DNA from: Carcharhinus longimanus
Taxonomy: Eukaryota
DNA length: 64,000 nt
Direction: 5' to 3'
Assembly: GCA_030264375.1 (NCBI GenBank)
Contig: JASCQW010000162.1
Location: 57,656,113 to 57,720,112, forward strand
Translations under genes and position numbers: made by a program
The notes under the pieces: generated by a model
The model's input: only the letters and a program-made list of their open reading frames with translations
What the model was told of the DNA's origin: nothing
Databases searched by the model: none
Shown: piece after piece, positions 51,103 through 64,000 of the stretch
Layout of the letters: each line of letters begins with the position of its first letter
How positions within the stretch are numbered: position 1 is the first letter of the stretch

Positions 51103-51143
<41 letters not shown>

Positions 51144-52260
51144 CCCCGCCACTGTGGTCCAGTAAACAGAGGGGTGACAGGCAAAGGGAACTGTGTGCAA
51201 GACAGCAGACTTTGAATGACTTTAAGTTTAAGGTAACAGAGGATGGGAAGAGGGCTAGGAACTGTCAGATCTAGAGGGAACAAAAAGATAGGTATGGGTT
51301 ACAGCAGCGGATAAGTTGAGGCAGGAGTGAAGCTGGTTGATGTTATGGAGGTGGTCTTAGTGATGACGCAAATATGTGATCGGAAACTCATCTGAGGTTC
51401 AAATATGATACCAAAGTTAGAACTAAAGACAAAGGAGCAGATATTAGGACAAATGACCAAATGTTTGGTCGTAAGTTTGTAAACAATGATAGAGAGAGTT
51501 GACCAAATGGAGGAGTTTAATTTGATTTATTATTGTCACATGTATTAACANNNNNNNNNNNNNNNNNNNNNNNNNNNNNNNNNNNNNNNNNNNNNNNNNN
51601 NNNNNNNNNNNNNNNNNNNNNNNNNNNNNNNNNNNNNNNNNNNNNNNNNNNNNNNNNNNNNNNNNNNNNNNNNNNNNNNNNNNNNNNNNNNNNNNNNNNN
51701 NNNNNNNNNNNNNNNNNNNNNNNNNNNNNNNNNNNNNNNNNNNNNNNNNNNNNNNNNNNNNNNNNNNNNNNNNNNNNNNNNNNNNNNNNNNNNNNNNNNN
51801 NNNNNNNNNNNNNNNNNNNNNNNNNNNNNNNNNNNNNNNNNNNNNNNNNNNNNNNNNNNNNNNNNNNNNNNNNNNNNNNNNNNNNNNNNNNNNNNNNNNN
51901 NNGTTCCTTGTGCTCTTGGGCAGAGCAGGAGCCATACCAAGCTGTGATACAACCGGAAAGAATGCTTTCTATGGTGCATCTGTGAAGGTTGGTGAGAGTT
52001 GTAGCTGACATGCCAAATTTCTGTGAAAGTAGGGCCGTTGGTGGACTTTCTTAACTATGGTGTCGGCATGGGGGGACCAGGACAGGTTGTTGGTGATCTG
52101 AAGAATTTCAGAGTTTAGGACCTAAACGCTTGAAAGAAGGTGTGCCAATGAAGGGGGGAAGGAAGTAGTGGATGCACAAGAGGCCAGAATCTAAGGAACC
52201 CAGTGTTTTGGGGGGATTATAAAGATGGAGGAGATTACAGAGATAGGGAGGGGTAATTTG
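50755..52260 (-). mobile_element. Cluster of L2 fragments
   Basis: L2 tail 'aacaatttgcatttat...ccaaaagcttggtcaa' at 50760 and again at 51430-51510, continuing after 52100. Confidence 0.6.
51515..52100 (-). mobile_element. Rex1/Babar-clade LINE 3' end (gap inside)
   Basis: KFGMSATTLTNLHRCTIESILSGCITAWYGSCSAQ is a typical Rex1 post-RT motif. The 3' end reads TGTTAATACATGTGACAATAATAAATCAAATTAA. Confidence 0.85.
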
Positions 52261-53519
52261 AACACTAAGATTCCAATAGATTGGTTTAGGCTATTTCTCT
52301 GTTCCAGAAATGTTAAAGCCTCACAGAAAACAGCTGCTTAATCCTGGGATTCTTTCTTTTTTGTGTAACTTGAGCAATGGACAGCCTATAGTATCTGGAG
52401 AGAGAAAGGCCCAGCACAGGGCTGGCAAACTCGGCAGGGAGGCAAGTCCCTCCATTCTTGTGCAAAGAGTAGCATTTAATTTTTTTTCCCAGGCCAATTA
52501 TCCACCAAACTTTCCAGACCCCGTGCAAGATTCTATTTAAAAAACACACCCAGTGTAACATTTAAAAAGAGGAGATAATGTCCCCGCTGACCACACCCAC
52601 CAGATCATTTCCATTGTGCTGGCAGAGGACGTCAGAATTCAGCAATCTAGGGCGCACAATGGCTGAAGGGTCTTTTCATCAGCTAACAGATCAAACAAAG
52701 CTTAATTGACTTGGCTCATTCTTAGCTGGGTTTATCTTTTGTTTGCTGAATGAAAAAGGAAAGGAACAAAAGAGAAAAAAAAGAGGGATTCCATGGCAAT
52801 GCCATACACTCCAGTCAGTCCTGCCCTGAAAAGGGAATGCAATGGCTTGCTTCCATATTCATTCGTAAATGTGGCACAGCTCTGGAATATATGCTCAGAG
52901 ACCGTCTAATCCCCAAAGAATGACAGTAGCAGGTCTCTGTTTGTGCCACTCGGATGTTCTCAAGTTTGGGAGGCACTTGCAATACTGACCGTAACAAACT
53001 CAGTTTCAACTTGTGTGCACTGAAAAGAGCCTGAAGTTTCTAATGGCTTGGTGGGTAAGTACAACTGCCTGGGGCCCAAAGACAAGATCTAGCAACAGCT
53101 AACTACAGTAGCAGCAGTTTAATATTAATTGGTTTAATTTGAAATGAATGGCCTTCATTTTATAGTGAATCTGATTTAAGTTCAATTCAATCTCCTGAAT
53201 CCTTGATAAGGTCAATTTTTATGGACTTTATTAGTTGTAGCTTGGTCTCAAACAAAATTTTAAAAAATCGTTCACGAATCAGGTGGCATAGCTTTATATG
53301 TAGATGCTTCCCTTTGAATCATTTGGGAGTGTTCATGACTACTCAGAAGTCTACATAAAGGTAGAGGTTTCAGTTGCTAGCCTTCACAAGGAAGCTGAAC
53401 TGCATTAGCTACCATCCAGCACTCTACTGGAGTGACCTTATTTATTCACAGGCAGGCAAGCTCTACCAACAACAACTTGTCAGGGTCAGTCACGTGGGGA
53501 TAGGCTCAAGTTGAAGAGC

Positions 53520-53767
53520 AGGAGATATAGGGGGGGATGTGAGGAAAAGCTTTTTTTAGCCAGAGGGTGATGGCAGTCTGAAATGCTCTGCTTGGGAGGG
53601 TGGTAGAGGTGTTGCCTCACATCCTTTACAAAGCATCTGGATGAGCACTTGGCACGTCATCACATTCAAGGCTATGGGCCAAGTGCTGGCGAATAAGATT
53701 AGGTGGGTGTTTCTCGGTGCAGACTCAATGGGCCGAAGGGCCTCATCTGCACTCCATGATTCTATGA
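53520..53767 (+). mobile_element. CR1 (HER1-like) LINE 3' end sharing the HE1 tail
   Basis: 'gatgtgaggaaaagc...cagagggtgatggcagtctgaaatgctctgc', then 'ggtgcagactcaatgggccgaagggcctcatctgcactccatgattctatga'. Confidence 0.8.
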
Positions 53768-54574
53768 ACCGTGGATGGCTGATAATCATGGCCTTGCCAG
53801 CTCATTTGTGTCCTGAAGAGATACTGGCGGCAAGGACTGATGTTCCTCTGGACCTCCCCATCTCAGAAGATGCTGAACTCCAGCTATCGATGCCTGGGCC
53901 GAGATTGGGCAGTAATTGCATGGATGGCTCTCAGCGAAACTATGCATCTTAAATTTTGGCGTGGCACAGCATGCCTTGGCTCTAACATGACTAACTATCT
54001 GACTGCATGCATGATCTAAAGAATATTCAACACATCTGAGAACAGAAAAATGCTCCAAGATTAGATAGAGATCTATTTATAGAAAGCAGTCCCAAGGCAT
54101 CATCTGAAACAAATTCTAGCCCCCTGCAACAAATCGTACTGTTGAGAAGTGCCAGGCACTCAAGTGCACTTTTCCACAGATGTCCAACTACTTAAAGATA
54201 TGGAAATGCATTAATTTTTTAATCAGCAATCTGTGGTGAAGTTGGGAAAAGAACAGAAACATCAGTCATTCGGTAAGCTTGCTCCCCATATGGCTCATAT
54301 TGCTTCAGTAAGTAGCCAAGCTACAGCAATCAGAGAGTGCCAGTTTTGATCACTGATTTGTGCAGAATCAGCCAAACCCATTCAAGGTTGGTGTTACTAT
54401 CGACCCAAGTATCAACATATCTTGCTTGTTGCAAGATACTGCAGATGTGGTGAACAGTTACATTACTGAGAGTTCTTTCCATTGCTTTTGATGGCAATGG
54501 TCAGAATAGGAGAGAAACTTAGCTAAAGGTCTCTCTCATCATTGTCATTCCAGTGATTAGTAATTGCAGGGAAG

Positions 54575-55290
54575 CGATAGTGGAGTGGTAATGTCATTGG
54601 ACTAGTAATGCAGGGGCTCAGGCTCTGGGGGATCTGGCTTCAAATCATAGAAACCCAACAATGCAGGAGGCCATTCAGCCCATCCTGGCTGCACCAACAA
54701 CAATCCCACCCAGGTCTTATCCCTGCAACCTCACATATTTACCCCACTAACCTCTCTATCCTATGCATCCCATGACACTAAGGGGCAATTTAGCATGGCC
54801 AATTTACCTAAACCACACATCTTTGGAGCGTGGGAGGAAACCAGAATGCCCAGAGGAAACCTACGCAGATACGGGGAGAACGTGCAAACTCCTCACAGAC
54901 AGTGACCTAAGCCGGGAATCGAACCCAGGTCTCTGGTGCTGTGAGGCAGCAGTGCTAACCACTGTGCCACCGTGTACAATCCCTACAGTGCAGAAGGAGG
55001 CCATTTAGCCCATCGAGCCTGCACTGACAACAGTCCCACCCAGGTCTTGCCCCCATAACCTATCCCCCACCCCCAACCATGGCAGCTGCTGGAATTTGAA
55101 TGCAATTAATAAAATATCTAGAATTGAAAATTATCATGACGACTTTCATCGAATGTCGGGAAAACCCACGGAGAACGAATGGAAAGGAAGCCTGCCATCC
55201 TTGCCTGGTCGGGCCTATATGTCACTCCCAATCGACAAAAATAACTGCCCTCTAAAATGGCTAACCAAGCCACTCAGTTCATGTACAATT
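54575..55290 (+). mobile_element. SINE family B split by HE1 insertion(s)
   Basis: Head 'gtggagtggtaatgtcattggactagtaat...ggcttcaaatc' (to 54645) resumes at ~55070 'ccatggcagctgctggaatttgaat'. Confidence 0.75.
54644..55065 (-). mobile_element. Full HE1 V-SINE plus a tandem tail-only copy
   Basis: Full copy at 54644-54974. Second 3' fragment 54977-55065 'aatccctacagtgcagaaggaggccatt'. Confidence 0.9.
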
Positions 55291-55920
55291 ACGGATGGCC
55301 ACAAATGCCACTCGGGAAAGTATAAAAACAAAAATTGCCACTCGCGGACTTCTTGAGGATACTGGGTGAAGGCAGGACCACACTAATGCTTCCCTTCTTC
55401 ACACAGCTTTTTGACATTAACTGTCAAAGGGTGCTGTTTGGTTGAATCATTCATGGAACCTAACAGCTTCAGGAGAGCAGAGGAAGAAACTCTGCCTCCA
55501 TCCATTTTGGTGGCTCCTTCAGCTACCAGTTAGGTTGTTGTTTTGAATCAGTTAGCATTGCAAATCATGGCTTAATATTTAGGCACATTGGCCTTGAGTT
55601 TGTGGAGGGAGTAAGAGTGTGTTTGTCAGCATGGGAGTTGGTGGGAGATAGGAGGTGGGGGGGTGGGGGAGGCAGGGGGTAGGTGGCAAGAGGAAGGGGG
55701 GGCCAGCGTGAGTGTGAGTGGAAGCAGGTAAACTAAATCTGAAAGCAAATTGGAAAGTCACTTCATTCCTGGATCCAGATATCCCCATTCCCCTTTAGTT
55801 GCCAGCTTTAAAATTGAGAATGGAGATTCAATCGGAGGCACACAGACTTGTGGTAATATTTAAATGACCAACCCACTTCTTGGGAACAGATTGGTCACCA
55901 CTTCCTCCCACAGCCCATCT

Positions 55921-56180
55921 TCAGAGTCCCCCCAGTACAGAAGAAGGCCATTTGGTCCACTGAGTCTGCACTGATTACAATGCCACCCGTAACCCCATGT
56001 ATTTACCAAGCTAGTCCCTGTGACACTAAGGGGCAATTTACCATAGCCAATCAACCTAACCTGTATATCTTTCGGCTGTGGGAGCAAACCAGAGTACTTG
56101 GAGGAAACCGACACCGACAGTCACCTGAGGCTGGATTTGAACTCAGATCCCTGACGCAGTTAGGCAGCAGTGCCATCCCA
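55921..56180 (-). mobile_element. HE1-type V-SINE, internally deleted
   Basis: 'cagtacagaagaaggccatttgg...gacactaaggggcaatttaccatagccaatcaacctaacc...ttgaactcagatccctg'. Confidence 0.8.
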
Positions 56181-58282
56181 ATGTTATCCCCACTGAAGCT
56201 AAAAGTGGGCCATTTTGAGGCAGGTTGGTTCTGGTTTGAGATTTCTAACATGTTAACACCTCACCCAACCTAATCCACCTGTTTTAGGGGACTGGATTTC
56301 CTCTTTGTAGATGTCAGTGAGGATGCTGCATTCTGATTGGCTGGGCAGACACATGGCTGCTTGTCCTGTTCACAAATACCAATGACCTCCTGTAGTGCGT
56401 GTCACATTGTACGTGACTCCCGATGGCGAATGTTGCCACGCAAAAGCCAACAATTATTGTTCACAGCAAGTGACTTCCAAAAGCTGCTGACTGCAAAATT
56501 CAGGCCATTCAGCCCAAGTGAAGCTGGTTGCACAGAACATCATGTAGACTGTGTCAATGATCCTTAAGGAAAAGAAAGCAGTAAATCGCAGATGCTGATG
56601 AATGTCAAGAAACAATATGTTTTGGATGAACTTTCGGCCTATGAGGTAACATTCTTCAAGTACATCCATCACAGTACAAAACCTGTTGTGCAATCTCTCT
56701 CTCCAGTATCTCCATTCTAATTGCAAATGTTCTTTTTCCACCCCCGACTCATTATACCTTCAAATTCCCACTCGTGCTTTCACATTGTCCCTCGTGAGTA
56801 TGAGCACTTGCAAATTACAAATGACTGCAGTAAGAAGGATATCGTTAACATTTTCTGCTGCGAGGTGACAACCCCCAGCTTTCCGAACTCTGCCTCTGAG
56901 GGCCAACCTGTATCACCTCAGAATAAAAATGAGCTTCATTTGATGCAGTGAACAGAGAGCAGTCTGCTGCTCTCCTGGCTTTTTGAAACCACTTGTGTTT
57001 GTTCCCTCAGCCCTGTCTGCTGCTGGATGTCCACTTTTATCTGGGTGACATGTTAGTATTGACGTACGACAAAGAAAGAAAATGAAACAAGTGGTGCTGC
57101 AGTTGAAACTGGAAAAAGAAATTCAGCCTCAAAGGCCATATGCTACTGTCAAATCTCAGGATTAGTCCCTGACATGGTGTTAAAGCTTTCCCTGTGTTTC
57201 AGAAGTGTCCTGGAGAGTTCAAACATGTAAAACGAAAACCACCGCAAGGCCTCGCCTTCACCAGGCATCTGAACTCACGCACAAATCAAGCACGGGTTGT
57301 TTTGCTGTGAGCTGGAGTGGCGACCCTGTCCAAATTTACACACTCCATCACCACCCTGACCATGAGGTCAGTTAACTCAGAACAGACCAGTGGTTGAACC
57401 TGCAAAACTCCTGAATGTGTACAGGTCAAGTACGCACTGGATAAGCTTGCTAAGCCATGAAGGAGACCAATCAAGAAGCTTTAATGCTTGACTTAGCAAG
57501 TGGATGGTTTTTTTTTTGGACAAGGCAGCTGCACAGTCCAGCTAATCTCTCTGACACAGGTGAGGGAAAGGGGAATGGAGAGAGAGAGAGAGAGAGAGAT
57601 TTGAAGGATCTGATGAGAAGGCAAGAATGTGAATTGAATCTCGTTAATAAGACCCGGTTCATTGGACTTAAAGGTCTTTTTGTCGTTCCTAAAAATACTT
57701 CTGTTCTAACCGGATCAATGTGGCAGCACTAACAGGCCGCATGACACTATCCATGATAACATTTATCCCTCAATCGCAACACCAGCAAACAGCTTAAGTG
57801 GTCAGTTGTTTCATGGTTGTCTGTAGGATTTGCCAGTTGTCATGTTAGCCTAGAGAATAAGTAGCTGCACAGCTGAAGTAATTCATTAGCTGGTAAACGC
57901 TCTGGGGCATCCTGAGGATGTGAAAGGATTATACAAAATACAAGTTATTTCTTTCATTAGTGTTGGGAGCTGCCAATTGTTGGGATGTGGTCTCCAATAC
58001 CCAATTCGCAAATATGCTGAGGCAAAGATACCAACTGGCGAGAGCAGCATTCCTCGGCAAGGGAGTGGGGAAACTGGGACAGAGTACTCAAGCTGAGGAT
58101 GTAACGCCTCCCTTCTGAGTTGTATTAAATTCAGCTGGTTTTCTATTGAGTACAGGGGTGATTGAGTTGTTCAACATGATTACAAGTCTTGATCAGGTAG
58201 GTGGGAATGATGCATTGTGATGGGACTGTGCAGAAAACGGGCACAGAACCTAAAATCTAGAGCTGACACAATGTCAGACAAA

Positions 58283-58483
58283 GGGTGGAATTTTCTACTT
58301 CCCCCCCGCTGATGTGTTTTGAAGGTGGCCTGCATTGGCTGGCGGCAGGATCCGTCGGTCTCCCCGCAGTCACTGGGGTTTCCTGTTGTTCATACTCTCC
58401 ACTGCCGAGGAACCTGTGGTGGGGAATCGCCGTCAGTGAGACCGGTGGATCCCACCAACAGGAATGGCCGGAAAATCCTGCCC
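58283..58483. mobile_element. MITE-like element (201 bp) inserted in a CR1 fragment
   Basis: TIRs GGGTGGAATTTTC ... GAAAATCCTGCCC. The flanks 58135-58280 and 58484-58650 are contiguous CR1-like sequence. Confidence 0.7.
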
Positions 58484-61400
58484 ACAGAGTATAGAAATCA
58501 GAAATGTTCCCCAAAAGGTTGTTGAGGCTATAAATCAAATGAAAACTTCAAAAAAGAGACAAGGTAACGGGTACCAAAGGATATGGAGAGCCCAGGTTTT
58601 TCCCCTGAATAGTGAAACAGGCACGAGGGAGGAATAGCCGATTCCAGTTCCTAGGGGACTGTCAAGTGGTGAGGATTCAGGAGAAGGTCGCCTTCTCAAC
58701 ATCCAAGGTTGACATAAGAACAGGACAATTTAGCTAGTTTGAAAACAACTGTTAAGAAAAGACAAATAATTTTTAAAAAAATCTCTAGTTGATGATATGC
58801 ATTCTTTTCTTCAGCTTTCTGTTAATCAAAAAATAACACACTGAGTTTGTGCACTGACTATGTTTGGCAGAATGAAACATAGGAACAGGCGTATGCCATT
58901 CACGCCCTCAAGCCAGCATGGTCATTCAATTAGATCATTGCTAATCTGTATCTTAAAGCACAATATTCCTTCATTGTAAGAAACTAGAGTACTCGGATGC
59001 TCCTGAATCTCTTGCTGTCCAAAAAGGTCAAAAGTAGTATCCTGGGAATAGCAATAAACTTAATAAAAGGAACACACTACAAATCCTTCAATCTGCAAGA
59101 GCTAATGAAGTCATCTTACTTTCATCAACCGGGCGACTTCAAATTGACTTGATATAAAGGATATGCTGTTGAAATTTTCTCCCACTAGCAGTGGCCCCGC
59201 AGTACATCTCAAGTCGAGATGCAAGTTTAACTCAACATCAATTCGAATGCGACAAAGTGTTCCTAGAATCCCAGCAGAGGCCTAGCCCCATTGGCCAGGT
59301 CAATCTGGGGAGAAGTATAGGGGAGGACAGGAAGGCATCATTGCCAAGACAATCATTGGAACAATTCATGCTCCAAACAACACAAACATTGACAATCCAA
59401 AAGGCCAAAAATGTGAACTGGAAGATGAAATATTAACAGTAAAATATTGCATAACATTGAAGGCTGCCTTGCTTCACAGCTAACAGCCATACTATCCAGC
59501 TTTATCCTACACTGAGCACCAATGTAATTGGGAATTCTCAGCTCTACCCTCCAGCTGAAGAAACTGAAATGAGTAGGTGTAAGAGGAGGAGGTGATTTAA
59601 GCCAGACAATTTAAAATCTCAAGAGGAGTAACCAGTTGAGAATTTAACCATCTGCTCGAATTTGTCCAACTTCAGGGTTTTCTAAGTTTACCGTCATCTT
59701 GTTCAATGATATCTTTGTTGAAAGTCAAGAACATCGTAAAAAACAGACACCATTTTAAATTCTTCAAATATAGTGGTTCTAAAATATTGTCATGGAAGAC
59801 AGTGCAATCAATCAACAGCCACCAACAACAACCAATAACATCTGTACTGGCTGCATTGTCACACAGGACTAAAAACACTCAATGCTGTCACTGAGGCCAG
59901 TTCTTCTGGAATGGAATGGACAGCATGGGGTTAACTGCTATTTAACTTTTTCACATAATTGTACAAAATAAAGTTAACATTGCTGTTACAGTGCCGTTAA
60001 CATTGTCATTACAGTCATGTCCTCAAACACCCAACTGCACTCATCCAGCTTGCATTAAACTGGATCATTCTTCCATTTCTATAATAGATGCCAATTGTGT
60101 GAGAATTGCAACTACTTNNNNNNNNNNNNNNNNNNNNNNNNNNNNNNNNNNNNNNNNNNNNNTTCAGTTTGTCAAAAGTGCCATCAGTCACCAGGGTAAT
60201 ATTCAGCAGTGGACATTGATCTCACATACCTCCTCCTGAAGTTCTGCAAATCTCAGCTAACAGCTAGGAAGAAATTTGAGGTGGCGCAAATACCAGATCC
60301 CAGACGTAGCGCCCACCACTTCTGCTGCCTCTCGCTCACCAAGCCACCCGGACACGTCCTGATGTCAATTTCTTTGATTTGACTACATGCTCTGACCTCC
60401 ATGTTGCAGTTCCTAGCAACTTACCCAAAAGGCCAGTGCAGCACCAATGCCTGTTGTCTTATCCTGCTCCACTGGAAACTAAAGGGAGTTGGTAAAAAAA
60501 AAGAATCAAGCATGGAAGAGTGGAGAGAAAAGGAAAAAGAGGCAAGAAAGGAAAATTAAGAGAAGTCAGGGCTCAGATGGAGGTAGCGAGAGGTAGCAAA
60601 ATGGGGGTGGGGTGGGAGAGGAGTTATAGTGGAAGACTTTAGAGATGAAAGTGAAACAGAACCAGAAATAATTAAGGGAGAAGAAGAGAGATAAACAGAA
60701 AAAAAATAAACACGAGATAGGCTGAGATTAACTGAAAAATATTCCATAGGTTCAAGAATACAAAACAGATTGGATATCGGATGTGTTCAGTCATGATTCT
60801 GACAGACTCTAAAGCTTTAGAATTAATTGGAGACCTTGTATACATTCTAGCAGGGGTTAGTACCGAGCGAACAGCAGCAGGAACCCCAGAAGATACTAGT
60901 GCTCCTTAATCCAAGGTCACTAAAATCCACGAGGGGATTTTGATGCAGCTAAGGCTGAAGTCAGCGAACATGGTGCAACCCAACGCTTGAACCGACAAGG
61001 CTTTCTCATTCTGTCTGCATGTTACATACCCGGTGAAGCACTGAGGCAGGGAGAGGGCAGGGGGTGGGGTGGAACAAAGAGCTTGACCAGCACTTTTAGT
61101 GCAAGGAGCAACTGTACCATACTGGTAAACGTAGAAACCTCTTTTGTAAACAGAACAAAAAGGATTATGTAGCAGTAAATCCAGTTCCCTTTTAAGGAGA
61201 TTAATAATCCACATTAACCTTTACAAATGCCAATCACGGACCATGTAAACATATCCATTTAAATCTTTTCAGCCCCCATGATTTGTTCAGTTGTTCAGAA
61301 CCTTCCTGCAACTACATTGAACTGAAGAGGAAAGAAAGCCTCCCATTGTTTTTACTACTGTACAATAATGTCAGTTTCCCTTTAATGCTCAGCACAGGTC

Positions 61401-61774
61401 AAGCATTTGGGCGTGATTAGGGTGACAACATGTAGGAATGAAGCCTCTGGCTCTCTTGGGTGACTGGCAGCTCTGGGAGGTAAATCAGTTTTAAAAAGCT
61501 CCACACTATTGAAGTGCAGTAATTAAAAGTGGAATGAGATTCGCCCTTGGATTGCAAAGTGCTTTTCCAATTAAATTGAAAAAACTTGGGGAACATGTCA
61601 CTTCGATCCCTGTACACAGCAGCAATATCAGAACCTCTCGTTTAAACCAGTCCAATGCCTGCCTTTGTGTTGCTCACTGTGTTACACAACAGTGCTTTTC
61701 AGCAATTTTCTCTCCTCTTCCATTTGAGAGGTACTAATTTTTGTTGAGATGTCACGGCAATACTTCACGACTGG

Positions 61775-62265
61775 ACCAAATAACAGCTCTCACCCACCTG
61801 ACCCGCAACAGTCAATGTTTTGCAGGCTATTGCACCAAGGGGATCACCATAGTTGAGACCAAGTCTGCATGTCATGAGTCATAGAGATTTACAGCATGGA
61901 AAATAAGTTTTTCGGCCCATACTGTCCATGTCGCCTAGTTTTTATCACTAAGCTCGTGACAATTGCCTGCAGTTGGCCCATATCCCTCTATATAAATCTT
62001 ACCCATGTAACTGTCTAAATGCTTTTTAAAAGACAAAATTGACTCAAGTCAATTCTCCTCATGGGTTCCGAGGTTGCATTCAGGAGCACGAACTCTTGCT
62101 GCTCACCCCTCCCCCTTCTTTAATCAAGAACACTGCATTATGCTGACCTCCAGTTTGATTGAAAACAGTTAACTCAGCACAGACTTGGAATTAACCCTGG
62201 AACCATCCTCTCTGCACAGCTCAATACTATATTAAGAATGCATTTGCTAAACTAGGCCATTGGGG
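61775..62265 (-). mobile_element. AmnSINE2-like SINE split by a CR1 tail (61878-62040)
   Basis: Minus head TCCCCAATGGCCTAGTTTAGCAAATGCA...GTATTGAGCTGTGCAGAGAGGATGGTTCCAGGGTTAATTCCAAGTCTGTGCTGAGTTAACTG. CR1 tail 'gagtcatagagatttacagcatggaaa'. Confidence 0.6.
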
Positions 62266-63647
62266 AAATTACAACTGCTGAAAGGCAATTTTAGTGGAGA
62301 CTAGTCATAGTTAAAAGCTCTCCTCTGGATCAGTTTTAAGGTAACGTTACCTTGAAGTGTTGTCAAGGACAGACGCGCAGTATTCCTGCTGCCGGTACGA
62401 GCGTCCCAACTTCCACGGACCAGTTCACATCAAGATTTGACTTCTCATGGCTGCCACTTAAAACTAATCTAGAGAGCAAAACTTCCCCCTTCCCCCATTT
62501 TACTCAGAGAATCATGAGCCTCCAGCACCCAACAGATTCCTCATTAATTAGCTACAGCAATGGTGCACTTAGTTCTGTATTGTGTTCACAGGCTCCACTG
62601 AGTGAATGCTAAAATAGAACAAATATTCAAAGAGGGTGAAAAGTAGAGGCCTGGTTTGCAAATAGTATGATTCCATGTTCCATTGATAAACTGCAAGAAG
62701 ACCTTTTTCTATCCAGATTACCATTACTTCAGCCCTGTGAATACAATTCACTGAACAGACGGAGGTTAGAAGAAATATAACGGACAAAACTGACGACTGC
62801 GAGTTCTAACCCAAAATTCTCCTCCCAACACATCAGTTATCAAATGATTGTTTGCACTGCAGTACACATTACTTAATTATACAATGCGCCTCAAAGTTGA
62901 GCTGCTCCATAAATTGGTGTGATCGACCTACGGGAGAAGTGCAGTAGGGAACGTGGATAATATTCCCTTCCTCAGCTCAGAGCACAGGCCAGGAATTGAA
63001 GCTGGGACCCTGAGTGGTTTGGCTTCACACAGAGCGAGCAACACTCGGGTGTGGTATAATCCCAGCTGTCGGCGGCAGGTACAGTCTTCTGCTAGAAGGA
63101 TCAATGCCCTGAGTCACGTTGGCTACTTCTCACAATCCCAGTGGGCACTGGGCAAATTTCCAAACACCTCTGACAATAATTCAGTGAAATTCTCGTGACA
63201 ATACTGAGGTATAAATCATTTCTGATCCCTCAGACTGAACAGCGCAGATATATATATATGTATGTATGTTAAAAAGGAATAATTGAAGATGGCTTTAATT
63301 TGCACATCCTTGAAATTAATTTTAACCTTGATATGACTTCTGCTTGCGCAGGAATTTATTCCTGTGATTGTTAGTAATTTTCTCAAGGGAGGGGAATGCT
63401 TAGCGAAAAGGCAATGCTGTGCTGCTGCTTTGCAGTTGACTCTCAAATTCATAACAGTGCAGGGTAGATAATGTAATCTTGTGACCTAAGGATGCTGTGG
63501 GGAGGGTGAGGTGGCGTGGGGCTGATGCAGTTCTTACTTTGCTGTTTTTCAAATCTCAAGTCAGCAAAGGTTAGTCACCATTTGTGGCAGTTCAAAGGCA
63601 GACAAAAGGACAGCCTCCTGTCCCTCAGAGAGGATGCTGCCTTTTAA

Positions 63648-63961
63648 GGGTGGCATGGTGGCACAGTGGTTAGCACTGCTGCCTCACAGCGCCAGGGACC
63701 CAGGCTCAATTCCGGCCTCAGGTGACTGTGTGGAGTTTGCACATTCTCCCCGTGTCTGTGTGGGTTTCCTCTGGGTGCTCCGGTTTCCTCCCATAGTCCA
63801 AAGATCTGCGGGTTAGGTTGATTGGTCGCAGTAAATTAGTGTGTCAGGGGAAGTGGCAGATTAAATACATGGGGTCACGCGAGGGCCTGGGTGGAATTGT
63901 TGTTGGTGCAGACTCAGTGGGTTGAATGGCCTCCTTCTGCACTGTAGGGATTCTATGATTC
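63648..63961 (+). mobile_element. HE1-type V-SINE, well preserved full length
   Basis: GGGTGGCATGGTGGCACAGTGGTTAGCACTGCTGCCTCACAGCGCCAGGGACCC ... CTCCTTCTGCACTGTAGGGATTCTATGATTC. Confidence 0.95.
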
Positions 63962-64000
63962 TTCCCGGTGTTTGTTTACCTTGCACGTTTGTTTCGCTTC

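Noticed and set aside
51045-51150. Poly-G / poly-C inverted tracts (G-quadruplex or hairpin)
   Set aside because: They flank an assembly gap, so the homopolymer lengths and arrangement are unreliable.
63648-63725. tRNA-like A/B boxes, here and in other SINE heads
   Set aside because: They continue directly into SINE bodies and lack a full cloverleaf, so they are not tRNA genes.

Overview
Repeat-dense eukaryotic DNA, most likely from a shark. The evidence is about ten HE1-type V-SINEs, DeuSINE/SacSINE1-like and AmnSINE2-like SINEs, and fragments of CR1, L2, Rex1/Babar, RTE and Penelope-like retroelements. Small GC-rich TIR elements (MITE-like) and several assembly gaps also occur. There is no prokaryotic gene structure, CRISPR array or intact multi-exon CDS. 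The window looks like large introns or the 5' region of a gene, probably on the minus strand: one plausible 221-bp coding exon (18666-18886) and a few weaker splice-bounded segments, product not recognised. The most interesting signals are (i) Penelope-derived insertions carrying minimal hammerhead-ribozyme motifs, including a ~210-bp non-coding palindromic unit with its own target-site duplication; (ii) an RTE LINE with twin-priming-like inversion; (iii) two V-SINE subfamilies with different LINE-like tails; and (iv) an inverted old-SINE pair that is unusually similar. Family names come from recalled consensus sequences, not database searches. Repeat boundaries are approximate unless a TSD or splice site is quoted.
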